In this document: positions 53,458-64,000 of the stretch, in pieces
Numbering within the stretch: the first letter of the stretch is position 1
Layout: the number at the start of each line of letters is the position of its first letter
From: Vermamoeba vermiformis
Taxonomy: Eukaryota
NCBI GenBank assembly: GCA_045837725.1
Contig: JBEWZL010000292.1
Coordinates: forward strand, 1-64,000
DNA: 64,000 bases
Reading direction: 5' to 3'
Made by a program: the position numbers and the translations under genes
Notes under the pieces: model-generated
Databases searched by the model: none
What the model saw: only the letters and a program-made list of their open reading frames with translations
Told to the model about the DNA's origin: nothing

Positions 53458-55710
53458 ATGGACACGAACCTGATAAAAGGTAGCTTCGTCATTTTTCAGG
53501 CACCAGTCTTAACATAATTATTTAGCTCGCAACCTAATTAAGCAGTGCCATCCCAGAAATGAATCCAGCCACTTCGAAGCAGGAAAACGAGTTGACACAC
53601 CCAAAAGGCTTACGATAGACGGTGATCAAGCTTTAAAACTCAGTATTGATAAAAACCACATACCTTTGTAAGTCCTTGATTTACGTGTAATTTATTCTTT
53701 ATTGTAACTTTTTTGTTAGAAATACTCGCAAGCAAGATCGACTTTGTAACTCGTTGCATTTGAGCGAGATTCTCTACGCACATTGTTGTCCTCAACAGTG
53801 CATTGCAAAGCACTTGAAAGAAACTCCTACTGCCATCCAAGAGCACTTAAAGCTGTGGTCTGGACTGCCGCAAGACTTGCTCTCTGAAGAACTCGCTAAA
53901 GTGCTAGACTCCTGTCAGGTAAGCCAGTTCTATGCATAACTACAACTTAAACTGAATTGTGCTACCAGGTGGAGCATGCAACTGAAAAAAGCGTCAAAAT
54001 ACAAGGAAATTATTATAATTTGAAGTGGCACGGAGTATCCTTATGTCGAACTGCCTTTCAATTGCTTTATGGGGTTTCCAGAAGAAAGCTAATCTCAGCT
54101 TGTGGTGGCTCATACTTACAACCGCATGGCAACACATTGATCTACCACGAAAACAGCTTGACCTTGGATATTTTGAACTTTCTTGATGATTTGAAAGCAC
54201 GCTGTGGTAATCAATGTGATTCGGACCCAACAAAAGATTATTTGAATGGCTTTTACGAGAAGAAACAAGTGTGGAAGCACTACATTGATTCACGATCCGG
54301 TAACGAAGATGTGGCAAGTGACTCTCACTTCTATGCAGTATGGAGCCATCACCGCCCGAACTTGGTAGTTGAAAATGATGCTATGAAGTGTGCGACATGT
54401 ACAAAACTTGATATCTTGATGAAGTCAGCGTAAGTGCACTTGGTAAATAAGAAAAAACTAAGTCTGTGCAGGTCTGAAGAAGAAATTGTTTCACTCAAAG
54501 CTGACAAATTGAGGCACAAGCAAGTGAAGAAAGTGCACTTAGACAGAATGCATTCTTTAATGGCACGGGCCAAGAGAGGGCAGTTTTTACTTCTCATTGG
54601 GGATCACATGCGAAGCAAAGGCATACCCAAGTTGAAACGCAACAATATGAATATTTTAATGAGTGAACTTATCAACATTCACTTCTCTGGTTGGTTCAAC
54701 CCGTATTCCGGAAAGTCCAAGTACTACCTCTTCCCTGAGCATTGGTCAGAGAGTGCCAACTCAATCATATCTTGCCTACATGCATTGCTGAAGGAACTGA
54801 ACTCACCACAGAGAAAGTTGGTCCTGGTTTTCGACAACCACAGCACACAGCACAACAATGCTCTGCTTGCTTATTGCGACTGGCTTGTACGGTAAGTAAC
54901 TAGACCCTAATTGACTAATACTAATAGCCGTTTAGCTTCAACGGCACGTTTGATGAGATAGAGATCTTGTTTTTAATTGCAGGGCACACCAAGAACAAGC
55001 AAGATCAAATGAACTCCTATGTCGCCGGCGAATACATGAAGCGACAATTCTTCAGCATTTCAGACCTTTGCACACTGGGCAATGACAAGCGGGAGTTTCA
55101 AGAACAACAACATATCTTGCAGTGGGTTAAAAAGTTCGCTCCTCTTATCAACGAGTACCCCAATGTGTCAAAAGCTCATCTCTTCTTATTCACAAGAGAA
55201 GGATTGACCACCAAAGAGTTTGTTGATGACTTAGAATGGAACAGCTGGAATTACCAAGATCCTATGTCACACCATCACATGCTACTCTCCAAACCGGTTG
55301 GAGTGCTCGAACCAATGCAGCCATACAAGTTGTCAGACAAGAAAAAACATGATGCCAAAGCATCTCTTGCCTATATCCCTATTGAGCACCGAGACTACAT
55401 TTCCAAGTTGCTGGTGAACGATTTTGGGTACCAAATTCAAGCAGTCGATGCTTTTGGTGAATTGGGTATGGCTACAAGACCAATTGCTCCACCAATGCCA
55501 AGATCAATCGTGTTCCGTGAGAAAAGAAAGAGAGGACAGCAACAGCCAAGTAAAGCTCAGCATCCCAATGCAACTGCACTGTATTCTGAAGACACGCTAG
55601 AACCTGGTGAACTGGATGACATCTTACAATCTGCTCCTCCTGGTGAGTACTATGACAGTGCTGAGGAGCAATGCCAGGCAAAGAAAAAGCATAAATCTAC
55701 TCAGAACTAA
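53458..55710 (+). CDS. Sola-superfamily (Sola2/DUF7869-like) DDD transposase, 6 exons, reading frame intact
   Basis: LCRTAFQLLYGVSRRKL..PHGN, KKQVWKHY..FYAVW..CATC; putative catalytic LIGDHM, VFDNHSTQHNN, FLIAGHTKNKQD; five GT-AG introns join in frame. Confidence 0.75.
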
Positions 55711-55914
55711 TTCATTTTTACATCACACTAAAGTTTTTACTTTTTCAATAAAAATGCATTGTTACTTGAGATATTTGGAGCTTGATTTCAAGGACCTTTC
55801 CTCTGCTCAATCCCTAGCGCTTGGCCAGCAAGGAAACCATCAAACTTATCCAAAATATTGGTATCCACAACAATTAGGCGCTATAGCATTTTATTCCATG
55901 AGAACCTAGTGACA

Positions 55915-57031
55915 GCGGACACCCTGTCCAGGTCTTAGGAGTCACTGCATCTGCTGTAGAACTTTGTTCTATATGCTGCAAAACATTTAAACTTTGGAAA
56001 TACATTGAACTATCCTATAGGCGGACGTTCTGTCCGTGGACATTGCGCCCGTCCGGGGTTGCTGCGTCCGCTGATGTTGGTAATTGACCAACTATACCAA
56101 ACTCGGCCGTTAGCATCAGTGGGCCCAAGAAACACTACTATTGCGTCAGGAGGCTTTGGGCTAAACGCCAGAGGCTGAAAATGGCAATGTTCTGCAAAGA
56201 ACTTAGGTACTAGAACTTTGTTCTATTGGCTGCAATACCATTGAAACTTTGGAAACTCCTAGACCTATCACTATCTAACAAAAAAATATAAGTGATCATC
56301 AAAGATATTGTAGTGGCAGCAAATTGTAAATTTTCAACATTAAGTTATGAACCCCTCCATCGGCACATACTGTGCACAACATAACTAGACGTATTTTATG
56401 CACCACTGAACTTTAGCTACAATTCATTGTCACCTAACTGTCCAAAAAATGTTGCATCATCCATACTTTTTTTATGTTGTAACGTTGTCCAGATGGATAA
56501 TGTAGCCAGGCTGGACTATCAATCTGTCTGGCTACATCATCCACACTGGATTGGCCATCTTCCTTTGGCCAGAACACATTGTCACAATGATTTCTTTTTG
56601 CATCATCCATACTTTTTTTATGTTGTAACTTTGTCCAGTGGTTGCAAACCGTTTTATAAATGATATGCTTAATCATATGATACACAGCATATAGAAGTCT
56701 TATTAAAATCTCATAATGACGTATGGTCAGCAGACGCGCGGTTGGTGGCACATCCAATTTTTGTCAGACAGGACGTCCGCCACTGAGATACTAACATCTA
56801 TTTACTTGTTTACCATGGTGCTAGCTGAAGTTAAGGTGGTATTGCAGCATAAAGAACAAAGCTCGGTGCTTAGGTTCATTGTTAAATATTAAGATTGTCA
56901 GCCTCCAGTACTCAGCCATATGCTTAATCATGTTATGGCATGTAGAAACTTATTAAACTTTACAGATATGATGTTAGGTCACAAACATGTGGTTGTGGAG
57001 GACACCAATTTTTGGACAGGACCACCACTGA
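55915..57031. repeat. Block of degenerate direct and inverted repeats
   Basis: A: 55957-56014 and 56211-56269, inverted copy 56828-56878; B: 56452-56492 and 56598-56638; C: 56663-56786 and 56918-57031; D: 56020-56034 inverted to 56767-56781 (14/15 match). Confidence 0.85.
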
Positions 57032-57178
57032 AAAGCAAACCCTAACCAAAACAGAAATCACACAGCCCTTTCTACCTGCAGCATCATTGATATTCAGCAG
57101 CAATCTAGGCTTGATTCACAAAGTGCGGTCACTCCCGCTGGTACACACTATTCAACACGTTACAGCTGAACCCCAAGT

Positions 57179-58069
57179 TTATTGTTGCTGCGCATCACCC
57201 AAGAGAGGCTCTTGTCCCTGCGACTTGTCCTTCTTCTTGTTCTTCATGTGCTTGGCGACGTACCTGAAGCCCAAGCCAGTCACGACAATCCATGCCAACA
57301 CTGCGCCAACCTGCAGCACAATGGTGATCAAGAAGGGCACGTTGTCGCAGTGTATCTTGTCCTTCTCGCCTGCGTTGTACACGGGCACCAGTCCCTCGCT
57401 GCAGAAGGTCCACGCGGATTTGAGACTGATGCTGTCCGTTACAATGGTGTAGCCAAAGCCTGCCATCTGTGCAATGCCGAGCAGCAACATCTAAGTGGTG
57501 TCAGTGAGTGCAACAATTACCTTATTTGGCAGTTACCAGTATGGTGAGCCAGCGGCGGTGTCGAATTATTCCGCCGACGAAGAAGAGCACTGCGACTGCA
57601 ATGCCTACCGCTGCCACTAAGATGCGCACTGCGGTATGTTTCGCAGTCCACGCACACTGCAAGTAGTTCGGATCGTTGTCTGATCACGTGTCAACTGAGA
57701 GGCACTACCAAATTAGGAAATGATCGCTACTTTACCATAAAAGTACCGCACTGGACGAGCGCTGTCAATCCACGGTGCTTGATCGCAGCCTACGGGCAAC
57801 TAGGCAATATAATAATGCAATTAGTACTAGTGTTTGTGGGTGAACGGAGCGGATTAGAAATTAATTTGGCGTGCTTACGTTATTTTTGTCTGTGTGCTCT
57901 TGATTCGAGAGCTGCGTAAAGCTGATGATAATCACACCCAAGTCTACGGCCTAGTTGTTATACATTACATTAACACCTGCAACGCGGTTGAACAAGATCT
58001 GCTTACTGCGACAATAATAGCCAGCACTATTAAGGCAATCTTAAATACGATTCTCTTTGCCTTGCCCAT
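57179..58069 (-). CDS. Hypothetical 4-TM membrane protein with Cys-containing loops
   Basis: Spliced hydrophobic exons; ends QEPLLGDAQQQ (dileucine-like motif). Confidence 0.6.
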
Positions 58070-58255
58070 ATTCTATTGTATTACCACAGCGACGAATGAT
58101 TGATGGAGTTGTGGTTGGTGGATCAAGCTCGTAAACAAGAATGAACAGAAAACCTTTAATTGGGCAATGCCTGCTATTATACACCGCTATTTACAACTGC
58201 TTCATCACATCGTCGCGACACTGTACCTAGTCGAGCGCTTAATGCTGCAGAAATG

Positions 58256-58775
58256 TCACTTTTTGATCGCGATCGAATCTAGCCACTGCGACAACTCCGC
58301 ATCGTGTGACTCGAGGGGCGCTGTGAAGGCATTAATATCCATGCATATATAACAGCATTGTCCTACCTGTGATCAGTGGAGAGGTGCGCGGCTGTTCAAC
58401 TTCCAGCAAGAACTGATCGAGATCTGTCGCTCGGTCTTCTTGCAGTGCAGGCTCACTAGCACTCGAAATAATATGCACAGTATCGAACTCGTCAGGCGTG
58501 TGTTGTGAGAGCTGCAATAATCGCTCGACATTGCTCGTGCTCGCAGTTGATGGTGCAGTGGAGTGCTGCGTTGATTGGATCTCCTCTTGAGAATTTTCTT
58601 CGCTGCTGGAGCTGCTGTCATTATGCTCACTATCATTGGTATCACCTCCACTCGTATTGTTATTACTGCCTTCAACAGCAGCGCGCGATGGTCGAGGGTG
58701 GATGCGCTTCTTCTTCTGGAACTGTTTGGGCTTGTACATTTGTTTGCGCAATCGTTGCTCACCTCTGTCTGCCAT
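58256..58775 (-). CDS. Small low-complexity protein ending DAELSQWLDSI (weakly Aven-like)
   Basis: ORF 58332-58775 plus a spliced last exon. Confidence 0.45.
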
Positions 58776-58967
58776 CGCTAGTGTAGTATTTGTATAGTTA
58801 TATTGACGACCGTTGTGGTACTCGGCACTACTGCTGATAGTAAATAGACTGGATCAGCAACGCAACAGAGTTGTTTTTCAAAGTTTTTTACTTAATTAAT
58901 GACACACATGCGCGAGAGGGCGCTAATGACCCTGTCGCACCACACCTAGCGCTGCATCGCTGCAGTT

Positions 58968-60054
58968 CTAGTTCTTGGACGCGAGATGCACACCGATCTG
59001 CTTCTGCATCTCCTTGCGCTGCTTGAGCACACTGGTGCCAGTCAATTGGCGCAGATCATTCACAATGTCCTTAGTCTTGCCAAAGTAGATGGTCTCCAAG
59101 GTCGTGCGCAGCTTAATCTCCATGTCCTCGACGAGTCTGCCAATGTTCATGAGGGCAGTGTTGTTGCTGTCAATAGCGAGGTCCTTCTCCTCCTGACGCG
59201 TGAGAGAGCCAGCGAGTGACACACGGCCCGTCTGCTCGGTCTCGGTCTCGATCGACAGCATCACGGTGGAGGTGAGCTTGTAGTGGTTCTGACTCGCCTT
59301 CTTCGTGTCCACTTCCACCACGTGAATCGAGTCCCAAGTGCCCTTCATGGGCTGACCCTTCTTCGACTGGTCTTGCGTCTTCTTGATCAAGATGCACGCG
59401 GCGAATCCGTTGTCGAGATCCCACATGTACACAGAGCTGACACCACCTTCAAAGTACCTGGCGAGGCAATCATTAGCACCCGTATCGTAAATTTAACTAG
59501 AGTGCGAATAATAGGGCATTATACTGCGAGATTGGGGCAAAAGAACGAGTTTGAAAATCTGAATCTTGGGCTCTACTTACAAATCACGATAAACATCAAA
59601 TGCATCATTAGCTTGCAATTCCAACTGTCTCAACTTAGCGCTGGGCACTGCACCATCGGAAAGTGGAGGGTCGTATTTGTTGGACCAAGGAGAGCTGAAT
59701 TAAAAATTAGGAGGAAAATTAATAAAGTCATTAAATATCAAGTATAAATATCAAATATGCAACAGTTACGGCCAAATCACACATAACTACTGAGAAGTAA
59801 ATTTAACAACAATTTAATATTGAAATTAATGCTGATATTTACCGGTAAGAATCACCGTCGCGGTTGTAATCGCAGAGAAGATAATCTCGCTTGCTTTCTC
59901 GGTCGTGAGCAACTTTCAAGGGCTGATCGACAGCTGACAACAAATCCTCAATTAAATTGGGGACCAAATCTACAAGGCCAGCCAGATTGTCCTCGATTTG
60001 AGAGGGAGGCATTCTTCTCATCAAATCCAAAGCGTATTCTAAATCATCAGCCAT
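58968..60054 (-). CDS. CAPZB: F-actin capping protein beta subunit
   Basis: [61 protein letters not shown]. Confidence 0.97.
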
Positions 60055-60305
60055 GGTTGTGAATTATCAATAACAGTCCCAAGCTTTGGTGCAGTTAAAT
60101 AGGTGAAGTTGAATAGAAAAGATTTTTGTTCCCCTTGCCCGCTGAAATTTGTTGCGCAACAAAAATTGGCCCGCAGAAAATAGCTGTGAATTCTGTACCT
60201 GCCGCGCACTCATCATTTGTAACGCTGTTTGTAAATTGAACGACACATTAATTTGTAGTCGTATGTAATATATACCTGTTAAATACTTGTACAGTCCGAT
60301 TATTC

Positions 60306-63300
60306 ATGTTCTTTCGAGATTCAACGCGGAAACAAGGCAGTTTGCCGTTCGGTGCTAAAAAAGAATCCGCTGCCGATATCAGTACGTACTGCAATTAGTT
60401 GCATCGATGCAACTAATGGGGATCTTATTACTTTTTACGTCGCAAAATTTTTCTTTATTTTAAAATAATAGCAATTAATTCCTGTTAATATAGTTGCTAA
60501 GAGCAAAAGAGAGCGCGAAGAACGAGCAAAGAAAAAAAAAGAAGAAGAGTCCGCGCTTAAAATTCAAGTAAGTCCTAGATCCAGATCCGAACACCACCTC
60601 ACCACTGTCACGCAGGCTGCATGTCGCAGTTATGTAGCGCGCAAGAGACAGCAAGCAGAGTGGCTGCAGCACTACGAAGCAGACCAGCAGTCCCTCGACA
60701 TTGTAGCGCGGATGCGCTTGTTTCTAGCCCTGCGCAGCCCAGCCCGCCAGTCACTGCTCGCAACGTGTGTCGCGACCTTGCAGCAGCAGTGGAGTGCCTA
60801 TCAGACTGCACTGCACGACTCACCTGCCACGCGCGTGTATCAAGCACGACACCTGTCAAAAGTGATACTCGACGCACTCAAGTCACGTGACTCACTGCCC
60901 AATCACGTGATCGGTCAGTTGATAGCCCTGGTAGATCAATTGGTGCGACAGGAACAGGAGCGAGTGGCGCGGTGGTTGATCGATCGCGCTGAATTATTCC
61001 GCACCATTCATGAATTGTGCGATCGATACAGCGATCACGTGACAGCTCTGATCGATCTCGCAGCGCACAGCTACTTGGTCAGTGCCAGTGACGTGGCAGT
61101 GAGTGCGCAACTGTGGTGGCACTTGCTCAGCTCCGAGCACGTGAATGACACGCACGTGACACATCTCACCGCCGCTGTCACTCACGCCCTCAGCGTACTC
61201 ACACGTGATCAGTCACGTGGTGTAGATTTCGTGACATTATTCCGCACTCACAAGCTCGATTTGGACACACGCGGACTAAGGAATGCGGCGCGCAACGGAG
61301 CAATTATTTTACGAGCCCTGGTCGAGGACACCGAACACGAGTCACGTGATCAGTTCGCGCACTGGATGGCCGTTATCGAGCAATGTGCCGCACACGCCCA
61401 GCACCACGCAGCAGTGGCACAGCGCGCAACACTAGTGCGTGCCGTCGACGAGGAGGACGATGCAATGGAGATTGAATTCACTGAACCACAAGTGCCACCA
61501 CGTGACTACCTGACTGAACAGACTGCAGCACAGATCTGCACTGCGCTGCTGACGGAGCGCGCACGTGATCATTGCACCGTGCTGGCCGTGCTCGCTCGTA
61601 CGGTGAGTGCAGCGACACTGGACTGGCACTTTGCCACACTGAGCAGATTGGTGGCACATCTGTTGACACACGGCACAGCACACGACACGCGACGAGTGTG
61701 CGCGGAGATCTCCGAGGCCTACACGAGACAGTGGCCCGCGCTGCGTCAGAGCGATGAATTTCGCCGTCTGTTGCGCGACTTGACCGGCCAGGCCGTGGAA
61801 CACACTGCCACGAGCACGAGTGTCAGCACGGAGCTCTTGCTGCACACGTGGCTCACACTCACTGTCACGCACGCACTGCTCGCACGTGTCGATCGATCGG
61901 GTCTGAGTGTAGATATTCCGCACCCACTGCTGACCATCACACGCGAGCTTTGCGCCAGTTTTCAGGTAAAGACGAGTTATTCCGCGAGTGCCACGACTGA
62001 CACGTGACAGGACAAGCTAGTGCGCCTGTACTGGCGCGAAGACAGTGCGGAGAGTGCGGCCTTTGTGCTGCTGCGGCGCGGTGTGACACAATTGCTGAGT
62101 CTGGCGCACGAGTTGAGGTGAGTGCCACTACTGAAGTCTAAATATAGCGCAGTGACTAACCGCCGTGTCCCGCAGTGCCGTGCACGCAGGAGTGTGGCCC
62201 AAGCACAGTGCGCTGAGTGCTGCACAGGTGCAAGTGCTGCTCGAGGCCTATCCCAGCAGCTTCAAGCGCGTCATGCGTCACGCACCCTTCTTGCTCGACA
62301 CCAAAGAGAAGGTCGTGCTGTTGCAGCAGTGGATCCGTGCCGACAAGGAGGTGTATCAGCCAGTGGAGCAGGGTCAGATCTCGCACATTCAAATACGTCG
62401 CACGCACCTGTTGCAAGATGTCTACCTCAAACTCGCACCGCCTGGCACCTCGTTGAAGCGCACGGTGAAGATCGAGTTCATCAATCAAGCGGGACTGCAA
62501 GAGGCTGGCATTGACGGCGGAGGATTGTTCCGCGAGCTCGTCAACGAGTACGGTGATTGACACGTGTCACGCGTTCATGAATCAAACTAACCCACGTGTG
62601 GTGCAGGGTGATCAAGACCGCATTCTCGCCGCAGTACGGACTGTTCAAAGCCACGGAACAACAGCAGCTCTATCCCAATCCTGCCTCCGCGCTCTTGGTC
62701 GGTACGTTGCAGCACTCTGTTTGACACCTGTCACTCGCTCACCGTCGCGACAGAGAATGACACGGACAAGTTCCGCTTCTTGGGTCGATTGCTCGGCAAA
62801 TGCATTTACGAGCTGTGTCTCGTGGACTTGCCGTTCACTGAATTCTTTTTGGCGCAGTTGTTGGATCGACCTGTGGCGAGTAAGTATACCTCGCGTATAC
62901 CGTTCAGTGAACTGACACTCCCCTGCAGTGCATCAGCTGAAGAGTCTCGATGCCGCGCTGTACAAAGGACTGCTCTCGCTGCGCAGCTACACGGGTGACT
63001 TCGAGGACTTGGAGCTGACCTTCAGCGTGCACGAGGACGCGCGTGACATTGAGACCGCTGCTGTCAATTTGCCACGCCCCCTGACTGCTGGCAGAGTCGT
63101 GGAACTCATCGACCAGGGCAACAACGTCAAAGTGACACGTGACAATGTCGAAGAGTACATCGCCCTCGTTGCCAAATATAGAATGCAGACGCAAATCTCC
63201 GCGCAATCTCGCGCGTTCAAAGAAGGGCTGTGCGAGGTGATCGATCGCGAGTGGCTGGCACTGCTCGGCTGGACGGAGAGTGAATTCGCGCTGCTGATCA

Positions 63301-63718
63301 ACGGCGAACAGCTCGTGCACGGACTCGACATTGCCGCGATGCAAGAGCACGTGGTCTATGCGGGGGGCTATCACGCGCATCATCCGGTGGTGCTGCTGTT
63401 CTGGGAAGTGCTCTCGGAATTCACTCCGGTACGACACTGCACGACACCGCGCACCTTGTACTAACCACTCGTGCACACAGGAACAACAGTCGATGCTGCT
63501 CAAGTATGCCACATCCAGTCCGCGACCGCCGCTGCTCGGATTCGGCGCGCTGACAGCCAAAGTTCTGCATTAAATTGAGCTCGCAAGATGAGAGCTACTT
63601 GCCGAGTGCAAATACGTGCATGAATCTGCTCAAATTGCCGGCCTATCACTCCAAGCAGCTGATGCGCGACAAGTTGTTGTACGCCATCAACAGCAACAGC
63701 GGATTTGACCTCAGTTAA
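60306..63718 (+). CDS. HECT E3 ubiquitin ligase, UBE3B/UBE3C-like (N-terminal IQ motif)
   Basis: SALKIQAACRSY, EAGIDGGGLFRE, LGRLLGKCIYE, TSSPRPPLLGF, LPSANTCMNLLKLP, SGFDLS*. Confidence 0.92.
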
Positions 63719-63773
63719 CGAATAAACACCGTGTGCAATATCTATTTATAGCACTACTATGTACAAATACAGA

Positions 63774-64000
63774 TTACCACGCTTCCATGCCGTCCTCTGG
63801 CGGGGGAGGTGGCGGAGGCAAGCTGCCGACATCCTCGACCTGCTCTGGATCCGCGTAGTACTCGGACTCAGGCTCGTAGTCTGGCACAGGGGGTGGAGGG
63901 GGTGCACTCATAGGGGGTGGAGGAGGCTCGCTCATGGGTGGGGGCGGGGGGGGGGGGGGGGCGGTGGTGGTGGCAGATCGGAGGGTGGTGGTGGCACGTA
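63774..64000 (-). CDS. C-terminal fragment of a poly-proline protein (runs off the window)
   Basis: G-rich plus strand translates on the minus strand to PPPP tracts ending PPPPEDGMEAW*. Confidence 0.55.
   Translation of the reverse strand, partial: RATTTLRSATTTAPPPPPPPPMSEPPPPPMSAPPPPPVPDYEPESEYYADPEQVEDVGSLPPPPPPPEDGMEAW

Larger units (their letters stand above)
50100..57050. mobile_element. Putative Sola-like DNA transposon carrying a TET/JBP dioxygenase and orphan cargo genes (boundaries approximate)
   Basis: Transposase plus TET-like gene between host genes, repeat block at the right end, CpG-poor stretches, no TGACACGTGTCA palindrome seen; TIRs and TSD not identified. Confidence 0.65.

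Noticed and set aside
56427-56757. Short ORFs inside the repeat block
   Set aside because: They merely translate repeat B; no coding signature
55915-57031. CRISPR array or LTR interpretation of the repeat block
   Set aside because: Repeats are degenerate, irregularly spaced and in mixed orientation; no cas, RT or integrase gene; eukaryotic context
57038-57048. Telomere-like AACCCTAACC at the right edge of the island
   Set aside because: Single unit, expected by chance
50081-57178. Terminal inverted repeats and target-site duplication for the island
   Set aside because: Searched by eye and found no convincing pair, so boundaries remain approximate
63938-63990. Poly-G tract / G-quadruplex
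   Set aside because: Explained by poly-proline codons on the minus strand

Overview
Gene-dense, intron-rich eukaryotic DNA with about 35 spliced genes, short introns and short intergenic gaps. A cortexillin gene points to Amoebozoa; the species cannot be fixed from sequence alone. Most genes are housekeeping (MCM5, CDC45, Trm10, TRAX, NPRL2, capping protein beta, HECT E3, syntaxin 18, CIA30). The standout is a ~7 kb island (~50.1-57.05 kb) that differs in composition from its flanks. It carries an apparently intact, spliced Sola-like DDD transposase, a TET/JBP-family 2OG-Fe(II) dioxygenase, one or two further orphan genes and a block of direct and inverted repeats. The island has CpG-free stretches and lacks the host's abundant TGACACGTGTCA palindrome, which suggests a DNA transposon carrying its own DNA-base-oxidising enzyme. 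Other highlights are a convincing DGCR8/Pasha-like gene (WW plus two dsRBDs, heme Cys replaced), a PH-peroxiredoxin-like(CxxC)-RapGAP fusion, an F-box-TKL kinase and a strongly over-represented 12-bp palindrome. All family calls come from manual motif recognition and manual splicing, with no database searches. Gene ends and exon structures are approximate where stated.
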